Positions 1 to 12,262 of a DNA stretch of 64,000 nucleotides are shown here, one piece after another; positions within the stretch are counted from its first letter, which is position 1; every line of letters begins with the position of its first letter. Under the pieces are notes generated by a model, which saw only the letters and a list, made by a program, of their open reading frames with translations, was not told the origin of the DNA and ran no database searches. The DNA comes from Camelus dromedarius (lineage: Eukaryota). The stretch covers positions 42,844,001-42,908,000 of the forward strand of contig NC_087447.1 of assembly GCF_036321535.1 (NCBI RefSeq). The letters are read 5' to 3'. The position numbers were made by a program, and so were the translations under genes.

Positions 1-769
1 AAGGTGGAGCTGTACAGATTCCAGGTGGGGAGCCAGGCAGATTCACCTGGGCTTGGAGGGGAGCATTCCGAAAACTGCCTTTGCAGGAAGGAGCAGAGAT
101 GGAGCAGAGCTGCTTCTCTGCAGCGGGCCTGCTGCCCCCAGGGAGGAGCGTGTTTGTCCTGGCGTGCTCAGAGAGGGCCTGGGCTGGGTCCCTGCCAAGG
201 GGGCTGGCACTCGCTCGGCATTCCTACAGATTGGACACAATGATTCTAACCCAAATCCCACATACTTGATTTAATCACTTGGGGCTTTAGGGGAGGCGGG
301 GGAGAGGGAAAGAAAGAGGAGTGAGTTTCAGGCCTAATATGGACAAAAACAGATTCTGCCTTCTCTTTAGATCTGTGACGTGTGGCCAGCAGGTTTGGAG
401 ACTGAAATAGCCCCATCTGCATTTGCTTAGCAGCCTGCACGAGGGGCCAGCACCTGCTGCTCTGCTCCCACCCCACTCGGCCTTGCCAGGCTCTCCAGGC
501 CTCTGAACCAGAGGCAGCCACAGAGCCCTGCCAGCCCCTAGCTGGGGAAGCTGACTCCTGTGGACTCACTCCAGCCTGCATTTGGGGGCTGCAGGCCTGT
601 GCAGCTCTCAGTGTACATCTCCTCCAGCTGCCTACCTTTCCAATCCCCTTTATAAAAAAGCGTGCTTCTTCTCTGCTCTGTACATGCCTCTATCCTGTAT
701 CTTTGTGTTTCTTTCCTTTCCTTTCTGTCAGAAGGCAGCATACTTTAGAAGTAATACAGCAAATCAGAG

Positions 770-950
770 GCCAAAAACAGGCTCCTGGTTCCATGACTTC
801 TAGATACATGACCTTTGGCAATGACTTAGTAATTTTGAGCTTGGTTTCCCCATCAATAAAATGGAGATAATAATACCTATCTAAGCAGTTTTTGGAAAGT
901 ACCAAACCCAGGACTCAGATACGGTAAACATTCAGTAAATAGTAGTTTGC
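770..950 (+). mobile_element. MIR SINE fragment (approximate bounds)
   Basis: Degenerate MIR core: tgacctttggcaatgactta...tttccccatcaataaaatggagataataatacc. Confidence 0.6.
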
Positions 951-1476
951 TTCCCTTATCTGGTTTCGATTTGCCTTCCTAGAATGGGGATGCGTCAAGG
1001 AAGGGACAAAAGAGTGACTGAGAAAAGGAATGTTTTGCAGAATGTCCCCTGTAAGGGGGCAGAAGACTACCTGGCTTGCTCCCAAGAATGTACAGAAGTC
1101 CCTCTCCTTACCATTGCTTCCTCTGGTGCCCCGGGGATTTAGGGATGGAAATCCACAAATCACCCTATAGCCTCTGCCAAACTCCTTAGTCCTTTGCCAG
1201 CCCCCATCAGTGTCCTGCTGGGAGGAAGGGTGGAGCCTGTGTAGAGCTTGGCAGGAGCCTGGCACCTTGGGCTGGAAGGCCCAGTGAAGGCTGAGGCCCA
1301 CCCCCGAAGAGTGGCAGCCTTTCCTTTGGGGGCCTGGTTGAGTAGAGGTTTAGAAGAGGCTTGGAAATCTTCCTTCACTGGAAGAGTGGTGCTTAGTCCT
1401 CAGTTCCCAAGGAGAAGGAGCCAGATATTGTAATCATGCATTCTCTGTCTGTGTCTCTCTCTCCTCCTTGTCCCAG

Positions 1477-1554
1477 CCAAGTGGGAAAGGGCCTCGGTTG
1501 CCAGAGGTATACTGTGTCATCAGCCGCCTTGGCTGCTTCGGCTTGTTTTCCAAG
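1477..1554 (+). CDS. DENND2B: DENND2B/ST5 coding exon (DENN region); gene continues upstream of the window
   Basis: cccag|...|gtaaga; 78 nt, PSGKGPRLPEVYCVISRLGCFGLFSK. Confidence 0.95.
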
Positions 1555-2106
1555 GTAAGAGGGCTCTGGTTTACTTCCCTCCCCCTCCTCCTCCCCCCAG
1601 CTGACAGCTCCCATAGGAGTATCTGCTGGCGGCTTAGATGAGAAAACCACCTGTGTGTGTGTGAGAGGGTGAGAGAAGGCGAGAATGCAAGCACAAGTAC
1701 AAGTGCAAGCAAGCTCTCTGACTCCCCATCTACCAGCTCCTGCTCCAGCAGTGTCACAGCCCATGTCACAGCCCACCCTGGGCTGCGGGAGGAGCCAGAG
1801 TCTGTGAGGACAGAGACCCCTGGGGGAGCCAGGTGCCCAGGAACCCAGCCCTCAAATGGTATTTCCTTTGCCCAGCTAGTCACCTCTTGGGGTCTGAGGC
1901 AAGGACTCGTTAGGGAGCAGAGTAGTCCCTGAGTGACCAGGAAAACTGGAAGGGTAGGGTGTGAAGCTCCTGGCAAGGCAGTCCCCCATCTCCCAGCTTT
2001 TGGCCCAGGCTGTTCAGATGCTGGGCTACCCTCTTCTCTGCCTAGGAGGTAGGGAAGGGCAGCGCCCTAACACCCTTCCTCTTTGGGCTGCTGGCGGCGG
2101 GCACAG

Positions 2107-2247
2107 GTTCTGGATGAGGTGGAGCGCCGGCGTGGGATCTCCGCCGCTTTGGTCTATCCCTTCATGAGAAGTCTCATGGAATCACCCTTCCCTGCCCCAG
2201 GGAAGACCATCAAAGTGAAGACATTCCTGCCGGGTGCTGGCAATGAG
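2107..2247 (+). CDS. DENND2B: DENND2B coding exon
   Basis: cacag|...|gtaggg; 141 nt, VLDEVERRRGISAALVYPFMRSLMESPFPAPGKTIKVKTFLPGAGNE. Confidence 0.95.
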
Positions 2248-2474
2248 GTAGGGATTTCTGCTGCCTCTTTCGCAGACCATGGCCTGGGGCTGGCTTGGGA
2301 CCTGCCTGCAGTCTCTGGAAGGTGCAGAGCACGGCCCCTTCCTTGCTCGACACGTGTGCACACCTAATCTACAGGGACTGAAAAAGTGAATGACAGAACT
2401 CTACTTGTTGCTCAACTCTCTGCAGATCCCAGGGGCCTTCCCTGACCTGTTTGGACTAAACTGGAGGCCACCTT

Positions 2475-4050
2475 TTATTCATTCATCAAATATTTACTGA
2501 TTATGTGCTGTCTCACAGTCCGGGTTTGTGCAGACCTTGGGACAGAGGCATAAAGTTAAAGAGGGTCACAGCTCGGTCCTTGTGGAGTTCACAGTCTGGT
2601 GGGAGAGACTGATATTAAATACTTCTGCATAGAAATAGATAACTCCTCAGTGTTTTAAGTGCCAAGTGAAAGCACAGGAGTAAGAGTAACAGGGGGCATG
2701 CTTTAGATTAGGGGCCAGGGAAGGCCTCCTCTGAGGAAATGACATTTTACCAGGGACCCCTGGTGAGTAGAATCAACTAGATGAAGGGGAGGAAGGAGAC
2801 CCAAGAGAAGGGTGTGGACAGGAGAGGATGACTCGGGGTGGAGGGACAGCACGCAAAGGCAAAGACTGAGAAAGTGTGTATGCTTGTCAAGGAACTGAAA
2901 ACAGGCCAAGATGGCTGACAGGGGAGCGAGCAGGGTGGATAGGCAGCGGGGCGAAGTCACAGTGCGCCTCTAGGCCAAGCGCAGGGTTTTGGAATGTACC
3001 TAAAGCGGGGATCTATGATCTGAGATATGTTTTTAAAACCTCTCTGTGGCTGCTGTGTAGATAATGGGCCAAAGTGAAAACAAGGAGACCGACTGGGATA
3101 CTGTTCAGCAGTACAGGCAAGAGAGGATAGGAGCGTGGGTTAAGGTGGATGAAGACAAGTAGATGGATTGGAGATGTACTTTAGAATTAGGATTGATTGC
3201 ACTTTGTGTTTGATTGGAAGTAGGGAATCGTGTTAGGGAGATTTTAAGGCTAATTCCCAGTTTTCTGGCTTGAGCCACAGGGTAACTGCTGGAGCACCTG
3301 AAGGAGGAGCAGGCTGGGGAGGAGGAAGAGTTCGATTTTGTGCACATAACGTTTAAGGTGCCTGTGAGACACTCCAGAGAAGATGTTGAGTAGCAAGAGT
3401 GTAGACAGGGGAGAGGAGATAGTCCTGAGGGACTCCAGCATTTGGAGGCCCTACAGCAGAGGAGCAGCAGCCCTGAAGATGGGAAAGACAGGAGGAGTGC
3501 CTGGAGGAGTACCCGGAGACATGGCTGGAAAGCCAAGGAAGGGTGCGTCTCAAGAAAGAAGGAGTGCTCAGGTGAGGGCAGGATGAGATGCCTTGACAGG
3601 AGAAGCCTGAGAGGAGAGAGTTGAGAAGTGAATGGGATTAAGAAGTAACAGCCTGTAGAGACATCTTTCATGAGGCTTTGCGGGGGCAGAAATGGGAAAG
3701 GGGCAGTGGTTGAAAGTAATGGGGAGCCAGGGGAGTTGGTTGAAGGTGGTGGTGGGGATGGCCCAACAGAGGAAGGGTTAAAGGGCAGAAGAGGAGAGGG
3801 GAGTCAGACTGTCGGGGAGAAGGCCGGGCGGTGGGACCCGTGGGGGCACCAGCTCTGTTAGGAGAGAAGGGCACTTCCTTGTGTAATGGCTGGGACAGGC
3901 TGTGGCTTATAGATTCGAGATTTTCATCTGATAGCTTTAGGTTTTTCAAAATGGAAAAGAAGGTCATCCTCTGAGAGTGAGAGGAGGGTGTTGGGTTTGA
4001 GGAGAGGGAAGAAGAAATAAATGAGTTGTTGCAGGGAGTGGAGAGGGTCT
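2475..4050 (-). mobile_element. L2 LINE remnant (approximate bounds)
   Basis: Reverse-complement L2 3' end (ttattcattcatcaaatatttactga) followed by purine-rich L2-like body. Confidence 0.65.
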
Positions 4051-5953
4051 GGCTAAAGAAACACTGGGTTTGCTGGGAGTGGCAAATGCCATTTAGGGCC
4101 TTTGAGCCTCATTTCTCCCACCCCCATTTGGGGGGACTTGGGGCTTCATGCATGGCCTGGGTCAGGGCCACTGACCCTGCCCTGAGAGCCCAGCAGCGTG
4201 ACTGGGAGTCCTCAGGACGTGGCCCCAGCCCACTCACCTGCCTCCTCTCCACACTGACTTGAATTGCTTGCTGTCCCTAAACCCTGCTTCCTTTTGCCTT
4301 GAAGACACTTCCCTTCTTCTCTCCTTGGACAACCAGATCCAGCATCTTGTGCTCTGAGCTGCTGCTCTGACCCGTACCTCTGCCCTACCCCAGACGAGAT
4401 GGGTGCCCTTCCTCAAGCCCTCTCAGCACCCCGTGCAGGTGTTAATTATACCTTTCCCCGGTCCTGACACCAGGCTCGTGGGCTGTGATGAGGCTCATTC
4501 AGCTCCACTGGACTATGATCTCCTTGAGGGCGGGGTGAGTCAAGAGGCCCAGGTTCTGCGAGCTGCCTGTGTGAACTCTCACTCCCTGGAGGAGCCCGAA
4601 CCCCCGGGGTGGTAGGAGTGGGGTGCCGTGTGCTGCAGAGCAGAGTCTGTTGGGCTGCATGCAGGCTCTCAGGAGGGAGGACTGGGAGGGCTTCACTGCA
4701 GCTTTTCTGGGGTGGGGCAAGGACAGGAGGGGTGCGGAGGCCTCTGGCGTAATTGTGTGGGATTCCTTCAGCCCGCTGGCCCTGAGCATTGTGGGTGTAC
4801 CCAGCATTGTGCTGATCAGTGGGCCTTCTGGGACTTCACCCTCTGAGGGGAGAGACAGGGTGTAAACAGGTGTCCATAAAAGAGAGATCCTTAGGGTGAC
4901 TTGTGCCCATTTGCCTCTTCCTGGGGGCCCAGAGGGACAACTTCTGAGCTAGAAGCTAGACCGTCACTTGTGTAGACTCTGAGGAACGGATGAGATGAGC
5001 AGGGGTAAAAGCCCCTTGAGAGCTCTGACACCCCAGGGCTAAAGAGGGACTTAGGTTTATCCTGCGCATCCGTGCTATCCACATACGCTGAGGAGCCAGT
5101 GGGAGGCTAGGCAGGCCCCAGTGACTGCTGCTTTGGCCTGGCCTGAGCGTCAGCAGTTCCTCCTGCTCCTACTCCCGGGGTCAGTGGCCACCGTCCACCC
5201 TCATGACTACCCCTGGGGAAGTGGCTGGCTGTGCCTTGCAACCTCTTTGGAGGGAAGATTGCTAGATTTGGCCCTGATAAAGGAAGGCGTGCTTCCTGCA
5301 AGGTTGTGGAATAGCCATCCCTCTCCTTGTGTTTCCCTTGTCCCTGGCACAGGGGTTAGACACGCTAGAGATAGAGGCTAGAAGCCAGGATAGAACCTCT
5401 GGAAGGAAACCCTAGCATGAAAGGGAGGAGGCATGGCAACAAGGACCTAGCATTGTCTTTCCAGATGGGTGAGCAGAGTCCTTGGTGTGGAGATGTCGCT
5501 CTTCATCTAGCCTTGAGGGCAGCGGTCAGTTGTGGGGTGGTCAGCGGGGGTGGGGTCAAGACCTTTCCTTAGGAAGATGGGCAAGAGGGCAGGGAGGACC
5601 ATGCAGATAAAGCTGTGTGGCTCCCTCACTCTCCTTACCTGTAAGAGCAGTCAGCTTTCCCGCTCGCTTTCCCGAGAGCCTGGCGAATGGCTTCTCAGCT
5701 CCCTCTTTCTGGAACCTCTCCCATGTTCACAGATCGCCCTCTTGCCCACAGGCAGGGTGACTGAGTACTACAAGAACAGAGCTGTGGTCTGAGGGGAGGA
5801 GGAGACTGGGTCTTACTGCCTAGTGGGGAAGATTAGAGACCTTGCAAAAGAGAGGACGGGAATGGAAACCAGCATTGGGGCGCATTGTGGGGGACCCAGT
5901 AGTGGCTCCCAGCTGGTCTGCCTTGACCCACTTTCCCCACCACTCTCCTGCAG

Positions 5954-6102
5954 GTGTTAGAGCTGCGGCGGCCCATGGATTCCCGGCTGGAGCACGTGGA
6001 TTTTGAGTGCCTTTTTACCTGCCTCAGTGTGCGCCAGCTCATCCGGATCTTTGCCTCACTGCTGCTGGAGCGTCGGGTCATTTTTGTGGCAGATAAGCTC
6101 AG
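5954..6102 (+). CDS. DENND2B: DENND2B coding exon (core DENN)
   Basis: tgcag|...|gtaggg; 149 nt, VLELRRPMDSRLEHVDFECLFTCLSVRQLIRIFASLLLERRVIFVADKL(S). Confidence 0.96.
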
Positions 6103-6976
6103 GTAGGGCCTAGCAGGCAAAGTGAAGAAGGGGGGAAGGCACATCTACTAGTTAATCCAACATGTACTTAGGAGCCCTAGTACATGCTGGCTGCTGTCAC
6201 TTTAGTGTCTGTGTGTGGTGAGATTGAGAGCAAATGGAGAGGAAAGGTTAGCAAACCCGGGCAGAGGATGACTGAGGGAGTGGGGCTTGGGAACACCCAA
6301 GATGGCAGGACTGTGAAGCCAGTGGAGGACTTAGCTGGAAGGAAGAAGACATACATTTCTTTTGCCAACAGCCAAGACGGTCTAGGTACAGGTGTATTTG
6401 TATGGAGAAAAGTAAGAAAGTAAGGGAACTTTCTAGCTGAGGGCCACATTCCCTCTGGAAGGGGAGGCAAGGCCATCTTTGTGGGATGCTGAGTTTTAAG
6501 AGTGATGGACTCTAGGAAGAGCCACTGTGAGGAAGGGGCAAGGGCACTGACTAGGGATAGTACAAGGAGTGCTGAGCCATCCAGTGAGGCCAGTGAGGGT
6601 CTCACCTGGAGAATGCAAATGACTGGAGTCACCCAGGGCCAGGCACTTGGGGATGTGCGGAGGACGAGTTCAGGGAATTGAGAGCGCTGGGGAGGAGAGT
6701 GGTTGTAGGAAGGCTGGCCAAATTAGGAAAGGGGAAAAGAAGTCCAGGGACTGGAGGTGCCAGTGAGGCAGGGGAGCTGGTTTAGGAGAAATAAGAAAAG
6801 AGCTGGATAGATCAGAAGTCTTGGTTTGAAGTGTTGGCATTTAGAGGCAGACGAGTTCCAGATGCCAAGATCTGGTTGTGGCCAAGGGAGAGGTGACAGA
6901 AATGTCACTGGACATACATGAGGGGTTGTGGAAGAAGCCAAGCTCTTCTAGGCAGCCAGGCTTTTAAAAAAAAGAC

Positions 6977-7341
6977 TGTCTTAGTCCATTCGAGCTGTGT
7001 AACAAAGTAACACAGACTGGATGGCTTATAAACAACAGAAATTTATTTCTCACAGCTGTGGAGGCTGAAAGTCCAAGATCAAGGTGCCGGCATGGTCACA
7101 TTCTCGTCAGGGCCCTTTTCCAAGTTCATAGCTGTTGCCTTCTCATTGTATCTTCGCATGGTGGAAGAGGGGTGTGGGATCTCTGGGGGGTCTCTTTTAT
7201 GATCTTTTTACTGATCCCATTCATGACGGCTCCACTTTCATGACCTAAGCACCTCCCAAAGGCCCCACCTCCTAATACCATATTTGGGGGGCTAGTATTT
7301 CAACAAAGAATTTGGGGGACACAGACATTCAGACCATAGGA
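6977..7341 (-). mobile_element. MaLR solo LTR, MLT1A-like
   Basis: tgtcttagtcc...aaacaacagaaatttatttctcacag...gtccaagatcaaggtg...cattcagaccatag; flanks aagac/aagag resemble a 5-bp TSD. Confidence 0.8.
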
Positions 7342-9674
7342 AAGAGTATATATCTAGGGGGTGGGACAGGCAGGGAGAAGAGATCTAGGCAATACATTGT
7401 ATATTTTGTGTCAAAGAACCTACCACAGGGGACAGTGGTTTCTTCAGAGTGGTGGAATTAATTTAGTCGCTGAGACATTTATTAAACTGTCTGCTATGTG
7501 CCATACCATATGCCAGATGCTGGCATGAGGGGCAGAAAAGAAAAATCCTCTTCCTGGTTTGTTCCCCAGTAAGCCAGGGTCCCTGGGGTCATTCTGCATG
7601 TATGAGGGGGTCATGAGGGAACAGGAGAAATGGATGCCCAAATGTCCTAGGGCGTTGGGGCAGAAACTCAGACCCACTCTCAGCCCAGGAGAAGGAGGAA
7701 AAACCAGAGCTTCTGACTTTTCCAGAGAGAGCCAGGTTTAGAAATGAAGATTGCCCCTCACTTCCCTTTACACCCTCAGTGTTTCTATATGTCCTGGGCC
7801 TGCAAGCCTCGTGAAGGGACCCAGCCAGCAGCTGCAACTAGCCAGGTACAGCAGCCCCTTGGGGCCGTCTGCGCCTTTCTGCCGTCCGTATTCACTGTCC
7901 ACCAGCCAAGCCCCGGCTGTGAGGCTCTGGACTGGTCACACCTTGATGCCCCTGGCAGAGCACGGACCCTGAGCTTTCTTTTCCTGAAGGTTCTACTCCC
8001 TCACCCGGGCAGAGCCTCCTCTTTGCCACCCCACCCTCAGCCTGGCTCCAGCAGGGCTGTGAACACAGAGATTGTTTCCTGTGGCAGCCACTGCCTCTGA
8101 ACACATTCCAGGACCGTTCTGGGAGAAGACACCCCAGGGCCCTGTTCTGGCCTGGCCGGCATTCAGGTCCTGCCAATCTTGGGTCTTAGAAATGATGTCC
8201 TCCCTGCTTGAGGTCCGCCTCTGACTGGAGGGGCAGAGCAGCGGCACAGTGAGGGCACACAGACCTGGGCTGGGATCAGGGCTCAGTAAGTCCAGCCGGC
8301 CATGTTCTGTTGCTCATGTTTTAGGTTTTCCACAAGTCCTTTGTCCCTCTAGCCTAGTTTTGATGTCTGTGTAAGTGGGAGGGGTGCATGTGTGCACACA
8401 CTGGCTCTGCAGTGATCAGCCCTAGGGTTGTATGAGGCATCTGCCTCCAAGCCTCAGGTCCCTTGGAGGGCATTGAGGAGATCAGTGTTTCCTTTGACCC
8501 TGAGACAGCCCTTTTCCAGATCTTTTTCAGATGGCTGTCCCTGAGGTGTGGGGAGCTGCTGTCCCCAGGGGAAGGGCTGGCAGGGCCAGGATACCTGTCT
8601 CTGCCTCAAGGCTCAGCAGTGTTTTAGTTATCCATAGGGTGGGAGGTCAGCCAAGCAAGGCACTGGCTGTCCAAACACTTGTGAACATCCAGAGATCCTT
8701 CTGGAAAAGAGGGTTTATTTCTGTCATGGACTTGGCACCATGACTCTGGGCCCGTTTCCTCTTCTCTAACACGGTCCCTAGGGGAGTGCTTTTGACCCGG
8801 CTCCTGACAGATGGTTCAGGCCTGGTGTGCCCCCCGTGTTGACTGGTGTCCCGTACTGGCCCTCAGCACTCACTCCTGTGCCGTTTAGCTAGTACCCTGG
8901 AGCTTTTCTTCCGGGCTCGCTTCAGTCATTCTGCTTGGACAGCGAGCCCTGTAGTGCTGGAGGCCGGGAGCCCCCTCTAGGCCAAGGGAGGGATGATCCC
9001 ACTGAAACCTGTGGCTGTTTTTTGGATCCTGAGGAAAGACGGCACTGGATAAGAATGGTGCCAGCCTCACCTCAGTCAGTGGTCCTCAGTCAAACCACTT
9101 TTTCCAGTCAGGAGAGGAAGGAATGGACTGAGGGCAGAGCGGGAGAAGTAACACTGGGCTGGGAGACAGGAAAACTGTGTCCCAAGTCTGCCACTTATGA
9201 CCAGCCTGAGCCTGATTATCAGCAGCCCCAGATGTAAAATGTGGAATTGATAAGGTGACTCCTGTAGGAGTTTCCAGCTCTTACACACTATGAATCTGTG
9301 ATCAACCCTTGCTCAGCTTGCCTTTTACTCCCTGGCCTGAGCTGATACTCCCACACGAAGTCAGGCCCACTTGTGTATTTGGTGGGTGAGTAGGTGTGTG
9401 TGTTCAAGTGTTACTATGTACCCTCATGGCTGGTTCTAGAGAGTTACCGAAGAGGGTAGCACCACTGTCCTTGAGACCATGAGCAGTGGGAATGTGGGAG
9501 CTTCACCAATCGGCAGGGTCAGACCCAGGCCCGAGCCCCCTTAGCAATTTTGTTGCACTGGGAGGGGGGTATTTTAACATGAAAGGATGTCCTGAGCCTG
9601 TCCCAGCAGGCTCTAACTCCCCTTCCCTGAAGGTGCCTGGCCTGGGCTCAGTGCTTTGTCTGTCTGTCTACCAG

Positions 9675-9852
9675 TACCCTATCCAGCTGCTCCCATGCGG
9701 TGGTGGCCTTGCTCTACCCCTTCTCCTGGCAGCACACCTTCATTCCTGTCCTCCCGGCCTCCATGATCGACATCGTCTGCTGTCCCACCCCTTTCCTGGT
9801 TGGCTTGCTCTCCAGCTCCCTCCCCAAACTGAAGGAGCTGCCTGTGGAGGAG
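9675..9852 (+). CDS. DENND2B: DENND2B coding exon (core DENN)
   Basis: accag|...|gtgggc; 178 nt, TLSSCSHAVVALLYPFSWQHTFIPVLPASMIDIVCCPTPFLVGLLSSSLPKLKELPVEE, DENN hallmark YPFxWQHxFIPVLP. Confidence 0.96.
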
Positions 9853-10157
9853 GTGGGCCACCTGGGGAACCAGCTGGGGGGAAGGGTGGAGAAAGGAAGA
9901 GGCAGAAGGAACAGAAACCCCCGGGAGGGAAGGGTGGGAGGGGGAAAGGAGAGAGGAGAAGGTCTTCTGGGGTCTTCTCATTTGTGGCCTCTGCGCCTCT
10001 GTACCCAGCTCTTTTCCTTTCTCCTTGGGAGGTCTGTCCCTGGCTGGAGTTAGGAACTGTTATCTGACCCTGGGAATCCAGGAGGCCTGGAGGTCTGGGG
10101 AGGGCACTGCAAGGATTCATACGCTGAATCACTGCCCCACATGGCTCTTTTTCTCAG

Positions 10158-10199
10158 GCACTGATGGTGAATCTGGGGTCTGACCGATTCATCCGACAG
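10158..10199 (+). CDS. DENND2B: DENND2B coding exon
   Basis: ctcag|...|gtaaga; 42 nt, ALMVNLGSDRFIRQ. Confidence 0.93.
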
Positions 10200-10419
10200 G
10201 TAAGAGCGGGACACTGCAGAACACGGCCTGCCCTAGGGTGGGTGCTTGTTTGATGCAGAGCAACCGACACCGTCACACACACTGCTCCACCTTCACAGCC
10301 CGATTGTTGAGCTCTCTGGGTTCCACATTTACAGCATAGACAGTGGTGGGGAGAAGCTGCTCTGAAAAGTCCTGACACCTTAGCAGGATCTGCCGTTCTG
10401 GCTGGCATCATCAGCTTCT

Positions 10420-10610
10420 GGAAGGCAGTGTGGGAGTGGGAGGAACATGGCCTGGAAGTCAGAAGACTTGACCTCTGCCCTCTGCCACCTTTGAGATACA
10501 TGATCTTGGATAGGCCTCTGAACTTCTCTGAGCCAGAGTTCTCATCTGTAAAACAAGCACGGTGATAACACCTGCCTTGAAATGTTGCAGGAGGATTACA
10601 CATGACGCAC
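10420..10610 (+). mobile_element. MIR SINE fragment (a second MIR lies at ~10930-11150)
   Basis: tgatcttggataggcctctgaacttctctgagccagagttctcatctgtaaaa (MIR core). Confidence 0.6.
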
Positions 10611-11178
10611 AGAACCCTATGGAATGTAAAAGTCTGCGATCATTGTCAACTTCAAAAAGCCTGTTAGTGATGGAAACCCTCCTGGTTCTCTATAAAGGAA
10701 CACAACCCAATGCTATACCCTCTGGGAATGTAGTCTGTTACACACCACTGATAGAGCTATGACCCCTGGGTACAGAGTGTCAAGGTACAGACACTCAACC
10801 AGAATACAAACAGAAATAGCCTAACCTCGTACCTGAGACACAGGCTGGGCCACAGTCTCCATGTCCCCAGCCAGCTGTGCTTCCCACCAGGAGCTGAGGA
10901 TGTAGAAACTGGGGAGACTGCATCCTGGTGCTGGAGTGGGAATCCCTATTGGCTCTGGGCAGTGAATGCCACCCACTCCACCACTTTTTATCTCTGTGAC
11001 CTTGGACAAGTTTCTTTAAACTCTCTCTCTCTGCCTCAGCTCCTCATCTTAAAATGAGGTTGATAATACAGTATCAAGGTTATTGGGAGAATGAAATGAA
11101 ATTATTATTTAAGCTCTTACAACAGGGCTGGAACAAAGTGCGGTGCTCAGTCAGTGTCACTGCGTCTTCTCTCTGCAG

Positions 11179-11290
11179 ATGGATGATGAGGACACGCTGT
11201 TACCTAGGAAGCTACAGGCGGCTCTGGAGCAGGCTCTAGAGAGGAAGAGCGAGCTGATCTCCCAGGACTCTGACAGCGATTCCGACGATG
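11179..11290 (+). CDS. DENND2B: DENND2B coding exon
   Basis: tgcag|...|gtgagt; 112 nt, MDDEDTLLPRKLQAALEQALERKSELISQDSDSDSDD. Confidence 0.94.
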
Positions 11291-12022
11291 GTGAGTGACC
11301 TGGTCCCAGGCTCCCTCTGCTCTGGGTCAGGCTTCAGACAGCCTGGACCCTGTCTCCATGCACCAGACCCTTCTGACTGATGAAACTCCAGGTATAGGAC
11401 CTTGGTCTCACTTTAGCCTAGAATTCTCTAGCCCAGCTACCAGTGGGGTCCAGGGAGTTACAGCTTGACTGGGTCCGAAGGGAGAGAAGTGTTGTGGTAT
11501 TTTATCAGAGGGAGTTCAGAAACTTAAACAACACTGGGGCTGCTCTATGGTGGCCCAGACTGCAAAGCTACACTCTTGCCTCTGACACTTCTCTACCTCA
11601 GGAGGTTTGGGGATAAAAACCCACAGAAAATTGGCAACCATAAAGACTCTTCTTGCTGACAGGACACTAGTTATTCCTCCCTCCCCAGCCTTGCCTTGAG
11701 CCACTGCAGGAGATGGAGGGAACTTCCCCTTCCTGGGAAACCAGGAAAACCACCCAAGGTGAGGGGGGTGGGGAAGGCAGTGCTCTGGTCTCTGATCTCC
11801 ATTCTCACTCATCTAGCAAGTATTTGCCAGCGTCCATGTTCAGAGCAGTTTCCCTCCTGGCTCGTGGGCTAGCGACAAGCCCAGGAGTACAAGAGTGAAA
11901 GGTTCAAGAACAGATAAGTGGTTCTGGCTGGAGTTTTGTTGGGGAGAGGGAAACACCACCAGCTGGAGGTTGGGATTGCAGGCTCTTGACCTGAACCTCA
12001 GAGATTTTCTTTTCTTTTCCAG

Positions 12023-12262
12023 AATGTAATACCCTCAATGGGCTGGTGTCAGAGGTGTTTATCCGGTTCTTTGTGGAGACTGTTGGGCACTACTCTCTCT
12101 TCCTGACCCAGAGTGAAAAGGGGGAGAGAGCCTTTCAGCGAGAGGCTTTCCGCAAGTCTGTGGCCTCAAAAAGCATCCGCCGTTTTCTTGAAGTTTTTAT
12201 GGAGTCTCAGATGTTTGCTGGCTTCATCCAAGACAGGGAGCTAAGAAAGTGTCGGGCAAAGG
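12023..12262 (+). CDS. DENND2B: DENND2B coding exon (dDENN)
   Basis: tccag|...|gtaagg; 240 nt, CNTLNGLVSEVFIRFFVETVGHYS...FMESQMFAGFIQDRELRKCRAK. Confidence 0.96.

Noticed and set aside
3105..3671. 188-aa minus-strand ORF
   Set aside because: Lies within a decayed L2 element; low-complexity Leu/Ser composition.
9486..10067. 193-aa ORF overlapping a DENND2B exon in another frame
   Set aside because: GC-rich off-frame read-through across intron boundaries with no supporting signal.
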